A DNA stretch of 63,179 nucleotides, filler included, from Octopus bimaculoides (lineage: Eukaryota), in assembly GCF_001194135.2 (NCBI RefSeq). It is 10 parts of 8 records of this genome, joined end to end, with 100 filler letters (N's around TTAATTAATTAA, not from the genome) between each part and the next. Parts side by side here need not be neighbours in the genome. Positions count along the whole stretch, not along the records: positions 1 to 19,410 come from NC_068989.1; positions 19,511 to 25,376 come from NC_068987.1; 8 more parts are not named here. The stretch is one strand, 5' to 3'. Below the pieces are notes generated by a model. It was not told the DNA's origin. It searched no databases and was given only the letters and a program-made list of their open reading frames with translations. This document shows, in pieces, positions 11,506 through 22,809 of this stretch; within the stretch, counting starts at the first letter, position 1, and each line of letters starts with the position of its first letter. A program made the position numbers and the translations under genes.

Positions 11506-12789
11506 TATTAGGTTGCCTAGTATGAAATTTGTGGAAAAGAAAAAATAGTTTGCTAATGTTTTATAAATACAAGGAATAGTTTTATTCAACAAAATATGCA
11601 CCCATATTGTCAATACTCTTTTGCCATTTCAGCGGTTGCTTGTCCAGCTCGGAACTCTAAGAGCCTGGCAATCTAGAGTCAATAAAATCTTGGAAGGGCT
11701 GTTTTACAGCATCGTCAGAATAAAATTTTTGTCCTATCGAAATGTGATTCAAATTCTGGAAGAAGAGATAGTCAGTGGGGCAAGACCAGGTGAGTATGGT
11801 GGATGATAGAGAACTTCCAACTCCAGCTCCTGTAGTTTCGCCAATATCATTTTTGCGATGTGTGGTCTGGCGTTGTCCTGCAATAAAATAGGAGTGGATC
11901 TGTTGACTAATCTCGGCTGTTTTCTTGTAAGTTTCTGCATCATTTAATCCAGTTTGCTGCAGTATACTTCGGCCGTGATTGATGAGCCGGGCTTAATGAA
12001 ATTATAATGGATCACACCTGCACCAGACCACCAAACACACACCATCAGCTTCTTTTGATGAATTTTGCTTTTGGACTGTGTTTTGGTGGCTCGTCTTTGT
12101 CCAACAATTGTGCTGAACGTTTACCGTTGTTGTATTGGATCCATTTCTCATCTCATGTTACAATTCGATTCAAAACTAATTCATTTTTGTGACGAGAAAG
12201 TAGCATAATGCAAGCTTCCAAGCGTTGCTATTTCTGATTTTCACTGACTTCATGTGGAACCCACTTATCCAACTTATTCACTTTACCGATTTGAACTAGG
12301 TGAGTCAATATTGTTTGCTTGCTAACACCAACCACCAAAGATAATTCACGGGCACTTTGAAATGAATCTGACTCGGCAGTGGCTTTCAGTTCGTCATTAT
12401 CCACCTTTGTTTCTGGTTGACCGCGTTGCTCATTTGTGAATGCGAAGTTACCAGAATGAAATTAATTTTGCAAGACAATTTGATACTGTCTGCAGTGTAA
12501 TAACACTAGAATGAAATGCTCCATTAATATTACAAGCTTTCTTTGATGCTATATTTACATGAAAGGACTCATATTTCAATACTGTACGATCTATCTCTGA
12601 ACAAAAATGGCAAAAGACGATTTATAAATACTTCATAAAGCGCCAAATGAGTTAGAATAAAGAAATACATGTGTCAGCTTTCTAACAAAAAAAAATAAAG
12701 ATTGTCAAAATATAATAATGGCGCAAAATGAGCAGCTGTCAAAGTTTGCCATATACCTTACTACAAATTTCATACCTGACGACCTAATA
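11506..12789 (-). mobile_element. Full-length (~1.28 kb) decayed mariner (DD34D) transposon
   Basis: TIRs tattaggttgcctagtatgaaatttgtgg / ctacaaatttcatacctgacgacctaata with TA ends; WVPHE (~12250-12266), QDNARPH, HPPYSPGLAP followed by frameshifted TDY. Confidence 0.92.
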
Positions 12790-13396
12790 GTTGTTGAACC
12801 TATATCAATATCAAACCATAGCAAATTAAACTGCACAGGTTATACTACTATAGCAACTGATATTACATCTAATTTTGCACTTCTAGCCACCTAAATAACT
12901 GATATTCCCAATTCCAATAATAGCGAAGCTGAGCCCATCATGCCTACTAATAACCAAGATAACGTTGCTTTATATAATCGCCGTAATAAATCAGTACTCC
13001 ATTCATAATTATGAATGGGACGCAGTGATTTATAAACAAATCCATGAGAAAAGTGTAGTGCATAAGTGCCCTAACACTGCTCTTGGTAAAGAACATATTT
13101 ACGTTAGGGCATTCCATTTCTCATTCAAACTACGCAGGAATAATCACAAATCTACATTTAGGTAAAAAGAAAAGGCTAATAGTATTGCAATGTTATTATC
13201 AGTCCGAATATGCTTGATGAACGTTCGGACTGGGGATCAAGCTACTTACTGCGTTTTGTCACGGAGAATATATTTCGCTTGTTGATAAATGATGTGTATA
13301 CACCTAGATCAGCTCGCAGCAGCACCCACCTAGACCGTGAGATGTTAACATTTCCGAGTAGTTGTTTCCTTATACGTCACAGACAAGAAGCAGACG

Positions 13397-13558
13397 ACAC
13401 TGTGAGCTGAATTAAGAGATTACCACTCAAATGCTTTTCCAGCTTAGCGCTCCCCTTCCGTAATTTACTGATGACGAGCCGCCGTATAGCGCTGCCTGAC
13501 ACCGTACGGTGACTGAAAAAGAATAAGAGTGGTGATCTCTTAATTCAGTAAGCAGTGT
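13397..13558. repeat. Inverted repeat with ~47-bp arms and an internal 12-bp palindrome caccgtacggtg
   Basis: ctgaattaagagattaccactc (13407-13428) versus gagtggtgatctcttaattcag (13527-13548). Confidence 0.75.
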
Positions 13559-13615
13559 AGAAAGAATAAAAGCGTGTATGTATGTATGTATGTATGTATG
13601 TATGTATGTATGTAT

Positions 13616-13752
13616 TGACGAGGAAAACTCAGCTGCGAATATTCAGTGTATCGTGTCTTTGTCTATATTTCCCGTCCGTTAAATTTTGTCTAGTTTCCCG
13701 TTTGCTCTGCTTTCGTCTACATTTTTCTCCTTGTTATGTTCTGTCCGTTCAA
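13616..13752 (+). repeat. Unclassified dispersed repeat, copy 1
   Basis: tgacgaggaaaactcagctgcgaa...tagtttcccgtttgctctgctttcgtcta; second copy at 15886-16015. Confidence 0.85.
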
Positions 13753-14085
13753 ACCTTGATACATCAATGTAATGCAACGCACACCCTGTTTGCTTACTGC
13801 ATTGTACCTTTCCCTTCTCTGTTTTTCACTCTGTTTCTCCACTCCCTCTGCTCCATCGTTCTCTCTTTCTCTCTGACTGAATCCTATTTTTTCCCTCTCT
13901 CTATACTTCCTCTTTCCTACCACGTGATGGGTGCCCGGTGAAGGCGGTGTTGTTCTTTTCGCCCTGCTGGACTGACCATGCTGGTCTGGGCTCCTACTAC
14001 GTCCATTAGGACTTATTCTATTTCACCTTGCGAAACCCCACTAAGTTCGTTCAATTGCCGCAAAGCTCTTTCTGTTGTATTTGTG

Positions 14086-14086
<1 letters not shown>

Positions 14087-14153
<67 letters not shown>
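14087..14153. repeat. (TTA)n microsatellite at the Dong 3' end
   Basis: Direct. Confidence 0.95.
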
Positions 14154-14154
<1 letters not shown>

Positions 14155-15607
14155 TAAAAATAAAATGTGGTCTGTTGTCTTCTGCTCAACTGGGGTCATC
14201 CCTTGACCCTAGAGTCACAGCAGGTCCTTATCTCATGGAGAGTACACGGCATAAAATGTGTGAGGAATCTAGCAACAATATTTTCTGAAGTTCTCCCACG
14301 TTAACGGTGCAAAAGAGTTTGTTGAGCTGCTTATCAAGGCCCTTTTCAATTAGCCTTAACGCTCCAATCACCACTGGTGCTGTGCTGCTTTTCATTCCCC
14401 ACATCTTGGTCACTTCTATTTCTAGGTCTTTGTACTTAGATAACTTAACTTCTTTAATGGACACATTTCTCTCTGATGGTACTGTCACATCTTTCATTAA
14501 GCATTTCTTATTCTTTCCATCTTTGATGATTATGTACGGTCTGTTTGCCTTAATTTCTTTATCGGTGTTGATTGGCATGTCCCAGAGTATTGTTATATCA
14601 TCTTTTCGGTCACAGTTTCAGGTTTATGCTGGTACCATGTTTCTGAAGTTGGAAGCTGGTAGTGTTTACATATCTTCCAATGGATATATTGCGCTACTCT
14701 ATCGTGTCTATGAATATATTCAGTTAAGATGTGGTCCACTGTTTCATCTTGCTCATGACACATTCTGCATTTTGGGTCAGTGCCATCGTTCATTATTTTG
14801 TTGTGGTAAACCCTGGTTGCCAAGCTTTGATCTTGTGCTGCTATGATAAAACCTTCGGTTTCAGTCTTCAGTCCTGAGCTCTTCATCCATACATGAGTGT
14901 CTCGTTTTTCTACGTCTGGTTTGTTCACTCTACATGGGTATCGGCCATGCATCGGTTTTTCTAGCCATTCTTCTTTGCTCTTCTTATGGGCTTGTTTTTT
15001 CATCTCTTCCTTAACTCTTTTACTTTAGAAAACTAGGTTACTTTTTCACTCGCCTTCATCCTAGGTTCCTCCGTCAACAGTTGTTTCTTAAACTGTACAG
15101 ATTCTTTGTATACCGAGTATAGCTTCTTTACTTTATCACGCTGGTGCACAAGCTTCATTAGAGGATCTTTTGACAACTCAAGATATGTATTTGATCCTAT
15201 GTACTTGGTGGTTTTGTAAGATAATTCTAATTGAGTTAGTCCTTTTCCTTCCGCTTCTCGGTAAATAAATTCTGTTCACGTCAGATTTGAGATGGTTCAT
15301 TCGAGCCATGGTTAGTAGTTTTCTGGTCTCGGAGTCTAGCTTCTTTATTTAGCTCATTTGCCAGTTGATTATGTTGAAACTTTAAGCTACGATTGGTACT
15401 GCAAGAGTGTTAATGGCTTCTATTTTGTTTGTAGCGTTGAGTTCAGTATTTGTTACTAACCGTACTCTCCAGAAGTACTCTTTTCTAATCTCTTTCATTG
15501 CTGAATGCTTTATGCCGTTACTTTCGTCTATGCCAAGGTATTTATATGCTTCTTCCTGGTCCAGTGCTCGGATTCTTGCTTCTGTATCTACGTGGATATT
15601 CGCAGAA

Positions 15608-15608
<1 letters not shown>
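14154..15608 (-). mobile_element. R4/Dong-clade non-LTR retrotransposon, 5'-truncated, with CCHC and restriction-like endonuclease domains
   Basis: YKYLGI; ELNATNKIEAINTLAVP; KPMHGRY; ETEGFIIAAQDQSLAT; CRMC..ETVDHI; RHDRVA; ANRPYIII...DVTVP...KYKDL...PVVIGAL; short 3' UTR ending in TAA repeats. Confidence 0.93.
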
Positions 15609-15671
<63 letters not shown>

Positions 15672-15672
15672 T
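15609..15672. repeat. (TTA)n microsatellite at the Dong 5' junction
   Basis: Direct. Confidence 0.95.
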
Positions 15673-15885
15673 TCTACTGTTGTATATAGCCGTAAGGTTT
15701 CGTACTGATATATATATATACATAATTCTTCGTTTGTTGTATTTATATGATATCTTCTTTGTTTCTGTCTCAGTATGCATTCGCTGTCTTTTCCCCGGTA
15801 GCTTAATAACAGCACTGACGCCTCCAAGATTGAGTGGTCTCAATGATAATAGCGCGAAAACACCATTATATTTTGGCTCATTGAC

Positions 15886-16015
15886 TGACGAGGAAAACTC
15901 AGCTGCGAATGTATCGTGTCTCTATCTATATTTCCCGCCGGTTAAGTTTCTTCTAGTTTCCCGTTTGCTCTGCTTTCGTCTAACTTTTTCTCTATCTTAT
16001 GTTCTCTCTGTTCAA
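15886..16015 (+). repeat. Unclassified dispersed repeat, copy 2
   Basis: Aligns to 13616-13752. Confidence 0.85.
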
Positions 16016-16020
16016 CTATT

Positions 16021-16155
16021 GTGTTTTGGAGAAAAATACTTCATTTCATATGTCTCCAGTCCACTCACTAGTAAATACATAACCCTCAGATGGACTGGCG
16101 TTCCTTTGAAGAGAAATGTTGGCCCGCCTAGCCAGCAGGTTGCATGATTCGAAAG
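16021..16155 (+). mobile_element. SINE body fragment with CORE-like and V-domain-like motifs
   Basis: ctccagtccactca...ccctcagatggactggcgttcc...cctagccagcaggttgcatgattcgaaagc; related 3' part at 34440-34560. Confidence 0.5.
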
Positions 16156-16298
16156 CTACAACAATGCGAGGAAGTGTATTTTTTCTAGCGGTCTATAACA
16201 ATATCCAATAGTTTGGTCGATACATTAATACATACATACACACATACATACATACATACATACATACACACATAACATACATACATACACACATAACA

Positions 16299-16405
16299 GG
16301 CACTTTCTGTCTACTAAATTCCACTTACAAGTTGTTGGTCAACCCGCCATTATGGTAGAAAACACATGTCCACGGTGACTCGCAGTGGTATCTAAACTGA
16401 GCCCG
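16299..16405 (-). mobile_element. SINE family B fragment
   Basis: ctgtctactaaattccacttacaag...ggtagaaaacac matches 47271-47440 and 54881-55034. Confidence 0.7.
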
Positions 16406-16450
16406 TAGTAGCACAGACGTTGAGCTAATTTGCTAAGCATGCATTATTAT

Positions 16451-16579
16451 CCTTTTCTACTCTAGGTACAAGGCCCGAAATTTTTGGGGAGGGAGCCAGT
16501 CGATTAGACAGACCTCAGTACGCAACTGGTACTTAATTTGTCGACCCCGAAAGGATGAAAGGTAAAGTCGACCTCAGCG
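16451..16579 (-). mobile_element. SINE family A, 3' half
   Basis: Reverse complement of the 10607-10741 type: gtcgaccccgaaaggatgaaaggtaaagtcgacctc. Confidence 0.9.
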
Positions 16580-17204
16580 CACGCATCATTATCAGCACCC
16601 CAACACTTCTTTCTTTTTTTTAAAGCTAGTTATAGTTTGGAAGACAGGAACAAATTATTTATTTCTCTTTCGTTGACATCAACTTGAGGATGTGATTCTG
16701 TGTTTCTTTTCTAAACTTATCTCAAGTTCTCAGGGTAATTATCGGATGCAATTATTGTCTAAATCTTTAAAATTATGTAAAATATATATCCAATCTTACA
16801 AATCAAATTTTGTTGTTTTTTTTGTGTGTTTTCGATTAGAATGATATTATCAATTTATTGTTGTATGTCATCGCAACTTGGGATTTAAGAGATAAAGACG
16901 ATTCTATATGCTCAAATTCATACAACGTAAATGACAAGTTTTTTTTTTTAACTGTATTTACAGAATGTAGTTTTCTTATTTTGCATTATATTCTTATCTC
17001 ATGGTGGTCAGGTTTTAATTTCTTCCTTCTTCGATGGATAAAATAATTAGCTGCATGACTACAGTGTAATTCCAATAATTATACTCTAAACATAGAAATG
17101 GAAGATCAGGTATTGATAGAAACAAGTAAATGAAAAAAAAAATGTAAATAAAATATGCTACTATTTATTCCGTTATATGCATATGCATTCGAGATTTACT
17201 TCCA

Positions 17205-17205
17205 G

Positions 17206-17251
<46 letters not shown>

Positions 17252-17390
17252 GCATCCGTGTATCCATCCATTCATTCATCCACCCATCCAGCCAGCCAGC
17301 CAGCCAGCCATACATACATATATCATTCCATTTGTCTGTCTGTGTGACTTTCTGCCTGTCTGACACTGTCTCTGTCTTTTTGTCTGTCTG

Positions 17391-17430
<40 letters not shown>
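17205..17430. repeat. Compound microsatellite (TATC)n/(CAGC)n/(CT)n
   Basis: Direct. Confidence 0.9.
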
Positions 17431-17431
<1 letters not shown>

Positions 17432-17448
17432 ATATATAAATACATAAT

Positions 17449-18337
17449 TTGATCAATGAGTATCCGGACTGTTACTATAGTAACGAAGCTAAAGCACGCA
17501 GAGTAAAGTCGTTAGGCACAGATTGACCTTCGACTCTTCTGCGTACACGCACTAAGTTTTACCATTCTGGCTCACTTCCGCTGTTTACAGTAGTGTTTGG
17601 AAGGAAGGCGTGAAACGTGTGATCGTCGCATTCACGTTGATGGAGAAAGTTGAGCAGAGAATCTGCATCAAATTTTACCAAAAGCTTGGCGATACCTGCA
17701 CAGAGGTCTACGCAAACTTTTCAATAAGTTTTAATCATTACCGAAAGAATCAATGAGACCTTATGAAATTGAAACCCGAATGTCTTTTTGGTCAGCTGAA
17801 AGGAGTTTTGGCTCAAACTTGGCTGACAAGCGTCTCATACGAAAATCTTCACTGATAATGGACTGAACCGTAACTAATCTGCGCATGTTCTAATAACTCA
17901 CGGATAGTGTTTCGACGATTTCCCCTCACAGCTGCACGCACATCTGTAATGTTTTTCTCAGTTCTGCTGGTTGCTGGTCACCCAGAAAGTTCGTCCCTAT
18001 CGACATTTTTTTCGGCCATGTTGGAAATGTCTGAACCACTCGTACACTTGCGTGCAGCTCATATACTCCTCTCCATATACTTTCTGTAAATTTGCATAGG
18101 CCGCTGAGCAGGTATCGGCATGACAACTTTCTCTGCCATGATCAATGCGACTATCACATGCTACACACCTCCATTCCAAGCACTGTTGTAAGCAGCAGAA
18201 GCGAGCTAGAACGTTAAAGCTTAGTGCACATGCACGGCAGAATTCTAAGTCATTGTTTGTGAAGCGGCTTTACTATGCGTGCTTTAGCTTTATTACTATT
18301 GCAAAAGTCCAGATACTTATTGGTCAGACCTCGTGTA
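17449..18337. mobile_element. Fold-back mariner made of two 5' halves joined tail-to-tail
   Basis: Plus arm: TIR then ATG at 17640, MEKVEQRICIKFYQKLGDTCTEVYAN. Minus arm: TIR tacacgaggtctgaccaataagtatctggact then YANLQKVYGEEYMSCTQVYEWF...RRLSAKFEPKLLSADQKDIRVS. Junction ~17718. Confidence 0.85.
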
Positions 18338-19637
18338 TATATATATATATATAGATATATAGATAGATAGATAGATATGCAGGGCAGGGAATCGTCAATT
18401 AGTAATAAAATTAATAATTAACAATTTTGCCGGGTAGCTCAGTATGAAAAAACCTTTTCGGTAAAATCATTTATAATCATAAATATATAGGGATTGACAG
18501 TAACCTGCTTCTCCAACATATTGAGAATTCAGAAATAGCAGCCAAAGAATTACTGATTCCAAAACTACAAATTTTACTCTAAATTGATAGCGATCANNNN
18601 NNNNNNATATATATATAGTCTCATAATATTAAAAAAGTCAATAAAAGAAAATGGAGAAAAAATTAAAAAGATATATTTGATATCATTGTGGGTGTATTAG
18701 CAGCAGCAGCTATACTGGTGGAGGTAGTAGTAGTAGTAGTAGTAGTAGAAGTAAAATCTGTTGTAATGTGGTGGCGGTGGTGGTCGTCATCGTCATTGTC
18801 ATTGTGGTTTATTTACGTTGGATAGATATATAGCATAAACAACAGTAGCATAAAATATGGTTATTTCAAAATACCATTATATCATCATAATTGTTATCAC
18901 AATCTAGGATTTTCGTAACAGTTAAGAAATCTAGTATTTTCAAGAAGAATTACGCAGTATAAAATTGGAGTGAAATTTTATATATTTCTAAAATAGATCT
19001 AACGATATATTCGGTAACTTTCCAAAACGGAGTGCACAGAAAACTAAAATCGCATATATTAAGTGTCTGTTCCTGGTGATTCAGTCATGGGCTGTGTAAG
19101 TATATCCCACAGTCTTGTCTATAATCATTAAATGGAATGAACGTCTGAGCCGAAATATAGCTGCTGGTAGCTATTTTTTCTGAATCCCTCTGATTCTTTA
19201 AATGTGCTAGCTTCCTGGTAATAAATCGATATTAATTAATATATGATTTTTTACCCTATGTTTTAATTTGATTAGCCATAACCAAGTTCTCAAAGTGGAT
19301 ATATGCGACGCAGTAACTATTTTCTGCAGACATATTCCTGGAATTGGCGCGCCAAAACGAAGACTTTTGATTTTTATCATTAAGTTGTAATTAGCAGAAC
19401 CATATACACGNNNNNNNNNNNNNNNNNNNNNNNNNNNNNNNNNNNNNNNNNNNNTTAATTAATTAANNNNNNNNNNNNNNNNNNNNNNNNNNNNNNNNNN
19501 NNNNNNNNNNATATATATATATATATATATTTGTGCGTACAATCATTACATATATACATTTATATACTCACAAATATACAAAAACATACATAACTTACAG
19601 TCACACCTCACATATGTAGATATGTCTGTGTACGTGT

Positions 19638-19701
<64 letters not shown>

Positions 19702-21329
19702 GCATTATCGAGCACATAAACACGCATAAGACACACACATATACACGCACAAACGCAGCACAGCACACAGATATATATATATATATACACACATATATAT
19801 ACGGGGGTGTTTGTGTAAGTGTCTGTGGGTATATTTATTAATGAATATTATATAACCCACAGGATAGGTGTAGAGACCGATATAGATTTCGACTGGTCAA
19901 AATTGTTTGTTTGATACTAATGAAACATTAGTGCAATAAAAAGGTCAAAAGAACTTGTTAATCATATCATATTTTTCGACTTGGAAGCTTGCTCTTGATT
20001 TCCCAGTTGTCTCAAATACATTTATTTCTATTCAATCTCGTTATTAAGGAGTCTATAGTCTACAGAATACCCAAAGGTTTCACTTAACCATCAAATGCGA
20101 TCAACAATAGTTTATGCCTTACAGTGCAAAAGATTACTTGCCTATAACGATGTTAGAATATCTTTGTTTAATCGTAATCTCTCACTACTTTATTCCTTAA
20201 CTGCTGAGTGATATTTATTTGCTTTTATAAATTCTTATTTTCTTTTATTTTTATTTCTGGTGTGCGTGTGTATGAGTGTGTATGGGTGGAGGGGGTCTCC
20301 TTTGTCTCTGATTTCATTTCCCAAGCTTTCGTTTTTAATCTTCAAAATGTCGTAACATCGAAAGTTGTGATTTGTTTCTGAAACTTGTGTCTGGCAAGAA
20401 TAATGCACTACAAACTATTACAAAACTTTATTCGAATATTGGTTGAATCAAAATATTTCTCTTTCGTTTTAATGTACACTCCATTTAACGTATATACATA
20501 TATTACATTACATACTAACATATATACATAGGATACAGAGAGACAATGAGGGGAGAGAAAAGAGAGAGAAAGAGCGAATGAGAAAGAGAGAGAGACAGGG
20601 GAAAAGGTAGAGATAATTATATGAAATGAAGAATTTATGTTATATTATATTTGACATAACTGTATTTGCGAATGTTGTTCATATGCATGCCACTGGAAAT
20701 CCTCAGTTATTTCTCTTAGTTCATATATGCTTATAGGAAAGCGCTGATTTCTTTCCAGGAGGAAGATCGGTGTAAGGAATTCAGGGCTAATGAGTTCTGT
20801 GTGGCTGTTGGGTTCTGATTCCTCCCAGGTTACTAAACTTGTAGGTTTGTACCGACTGAAGGATATACGGATATTCCCAGTTTGAAGTGGAAAGACAGGA
20901 AAAACGTCTCCACGTTTTCTTCGGAACTTCAATTTCTCTAACTTCTACAAAAAGTGCTGCAAAAGGATGTATGTTTCAGTTGTTACATTATATTGCGATT
21001 CGGAAATTTATTATCTGTACCTTCTATGTATGTAATTAAAGGCATAATTAGAAAATTTCATTTGGGGTATCCACGTTTTCCTCAAATAAAAAAAAACAAC
21101 ATCTTCAATAAAGTCGCAGAATATTCTAATGAGTCTCTCAAGAGAACTTGCTATAATTACAGAATTAATTTCATCTCGTAGACAAATCTTAAGGTGGTCC
21201 TGTGGGGTTACTGAGGTACAGAGAACTATACCAGAAAACCTAACGGAAACTCTTCGAGCACATACCTATCGAATATTAATCTAGCGATACTTGGCTGAAT
21301 ACCTCGCGCCAAATAAGCACCACTTAACT

Positions 21330-21700
21330 TCGATAATTACCCGAGTTCCATGGTGGGAGCATACGACCTCTTGGGTTCCAGAGTCACTCAGTCATTGCGA
21401 AGGTGGGTAATTTGCAGGGATAGTGTTCTGTTCGATGTCCGTGCAAAAATGATCCCTAACCCCAAAGCGACATATACGGCCATGAAACCAAGGATCCTTG
21501 ACCGCCCTTGTGAAGAGACCACCCAACTCTGTGGTGGAAGGAGGCGGAGAAGGAGACAAGTAATATGATATGGTCTACCCTTCTCATCTTGCGTGAGAAC
21601 CAACATCCCAGGATCTTTTACCAGACCACAGAGAGTTCCTTCCTCACAAGGCAGCTGCCATGGCATTTTCAACAGAAATGTTACCAAGCTATCCTACTCT
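21330..21700. repeat. GC-richer unclassified fragment, possibly a LINE/SINE UTR
   Basis: Composition contrast and weak resemblance to RTE-type UTR motifs; no protein motif found. Confidence 0.25.
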
Positions 21701-22809
21701 ACAATTTCGGTAATCTACTTTGAATATTGAAGGCGAAGGAAAAAGTAGACTAGCGTAATTTATTTTTGTATATATAGAAAAACACTTTCCCAAATCAAGC
21801 AAGTATAAGATTTTTAAGTCCTACGCGATTAAGTTGTTATACTCCGCCACGTCTCATGTAACTGATATTAGTTCTGAGCTTAACAAGACCGGTACACAAT
21901 ATTCTGGAATACACACCAACCCAGGACATACTTCTCAAATCGGAGAGTTAACTGATATCCTGTATGTTAATATCAGGTCAAATTTGCATCCCATTCAACA
22001 AGCCGCGAGTATTTGTGGTGCGGGTCATGCCCAAGGTTGTCTGCACTCTATCTCTCTCTCACCGTCTCACTCTCTCTTTCTCTCATTCCCTGTCTCTATG
22101 TATATATGTCTGTGTGTATGTGTGTGTATATTATTCNNNNNNNNNNTGTATGTATTTTATTGTATCTGGGGATACTCATTCTCTTTCAGTGCCTTTTACT
22201 GAACGGACGTACTTTTTGATGCTGCGAGTTAATTCTAGGTCTGCTGTTTTGCTTGTTATTACCGGTGTTTGTTACCACTTTGTTTTCTATGTCTTTTCGA
22301 CACATTCCCCGCTCTTGAACAGGGTTGTTTTGTGAATTCCCCTATCTAGAGGCGAATTATTATTATTATTTTTTTTGTGTATAAAATCATTTCTACACGC
22401 AAAAACATGTAAACCAATACCAACGAAAATGCCCACCAAAAGGAAAGCCAAATAAGCATATTAATAAATTTGTCCAACATGTTCTTTTCCCTCCCAAACC
22501 ACGAAAGGAGCAAGAAAGAAAACCTGCCATTAATGAAAAACCCACCAACCAAGCCACAAGCTAACGAACAAATCAACTTCACTTCCGCATCAAGTGTCAA
22601 CCTGGAAAAAGTACAAGTAACACCAAGCGAACTATAAAAATGTAAAAGCTTATTGTCAAAAGAAGGCACTAACATTAAGCTAACTTCCCCGGTGGATGTA
22701 ATACTAACCACTCAATGAAAGACAGTCGTATATAGAAGACTATCACTGAAAACAAAAAAAAATTGAAATAGCAGCCAAAGAGACTATAGAAAAATGTCTC
22801 CAACCCATG

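Noticed and set aside
15885-15915. CTGACGAG...GCGAA as a hammerhead
   Set aside because: No GAAA at the right place, no stem II or III pairing and no UH site.
19455-19466. TTAATTAATTAA island centred in N runs, recurring at 25421, 41561, 45571, 47164, 52544, 56524, 58901 and 60873
   Set aside because: An identical 12-mer always flanked by Ns of similar length is a scaffolding or gap placeholder, not a biological repeat or CRISPR-like array.
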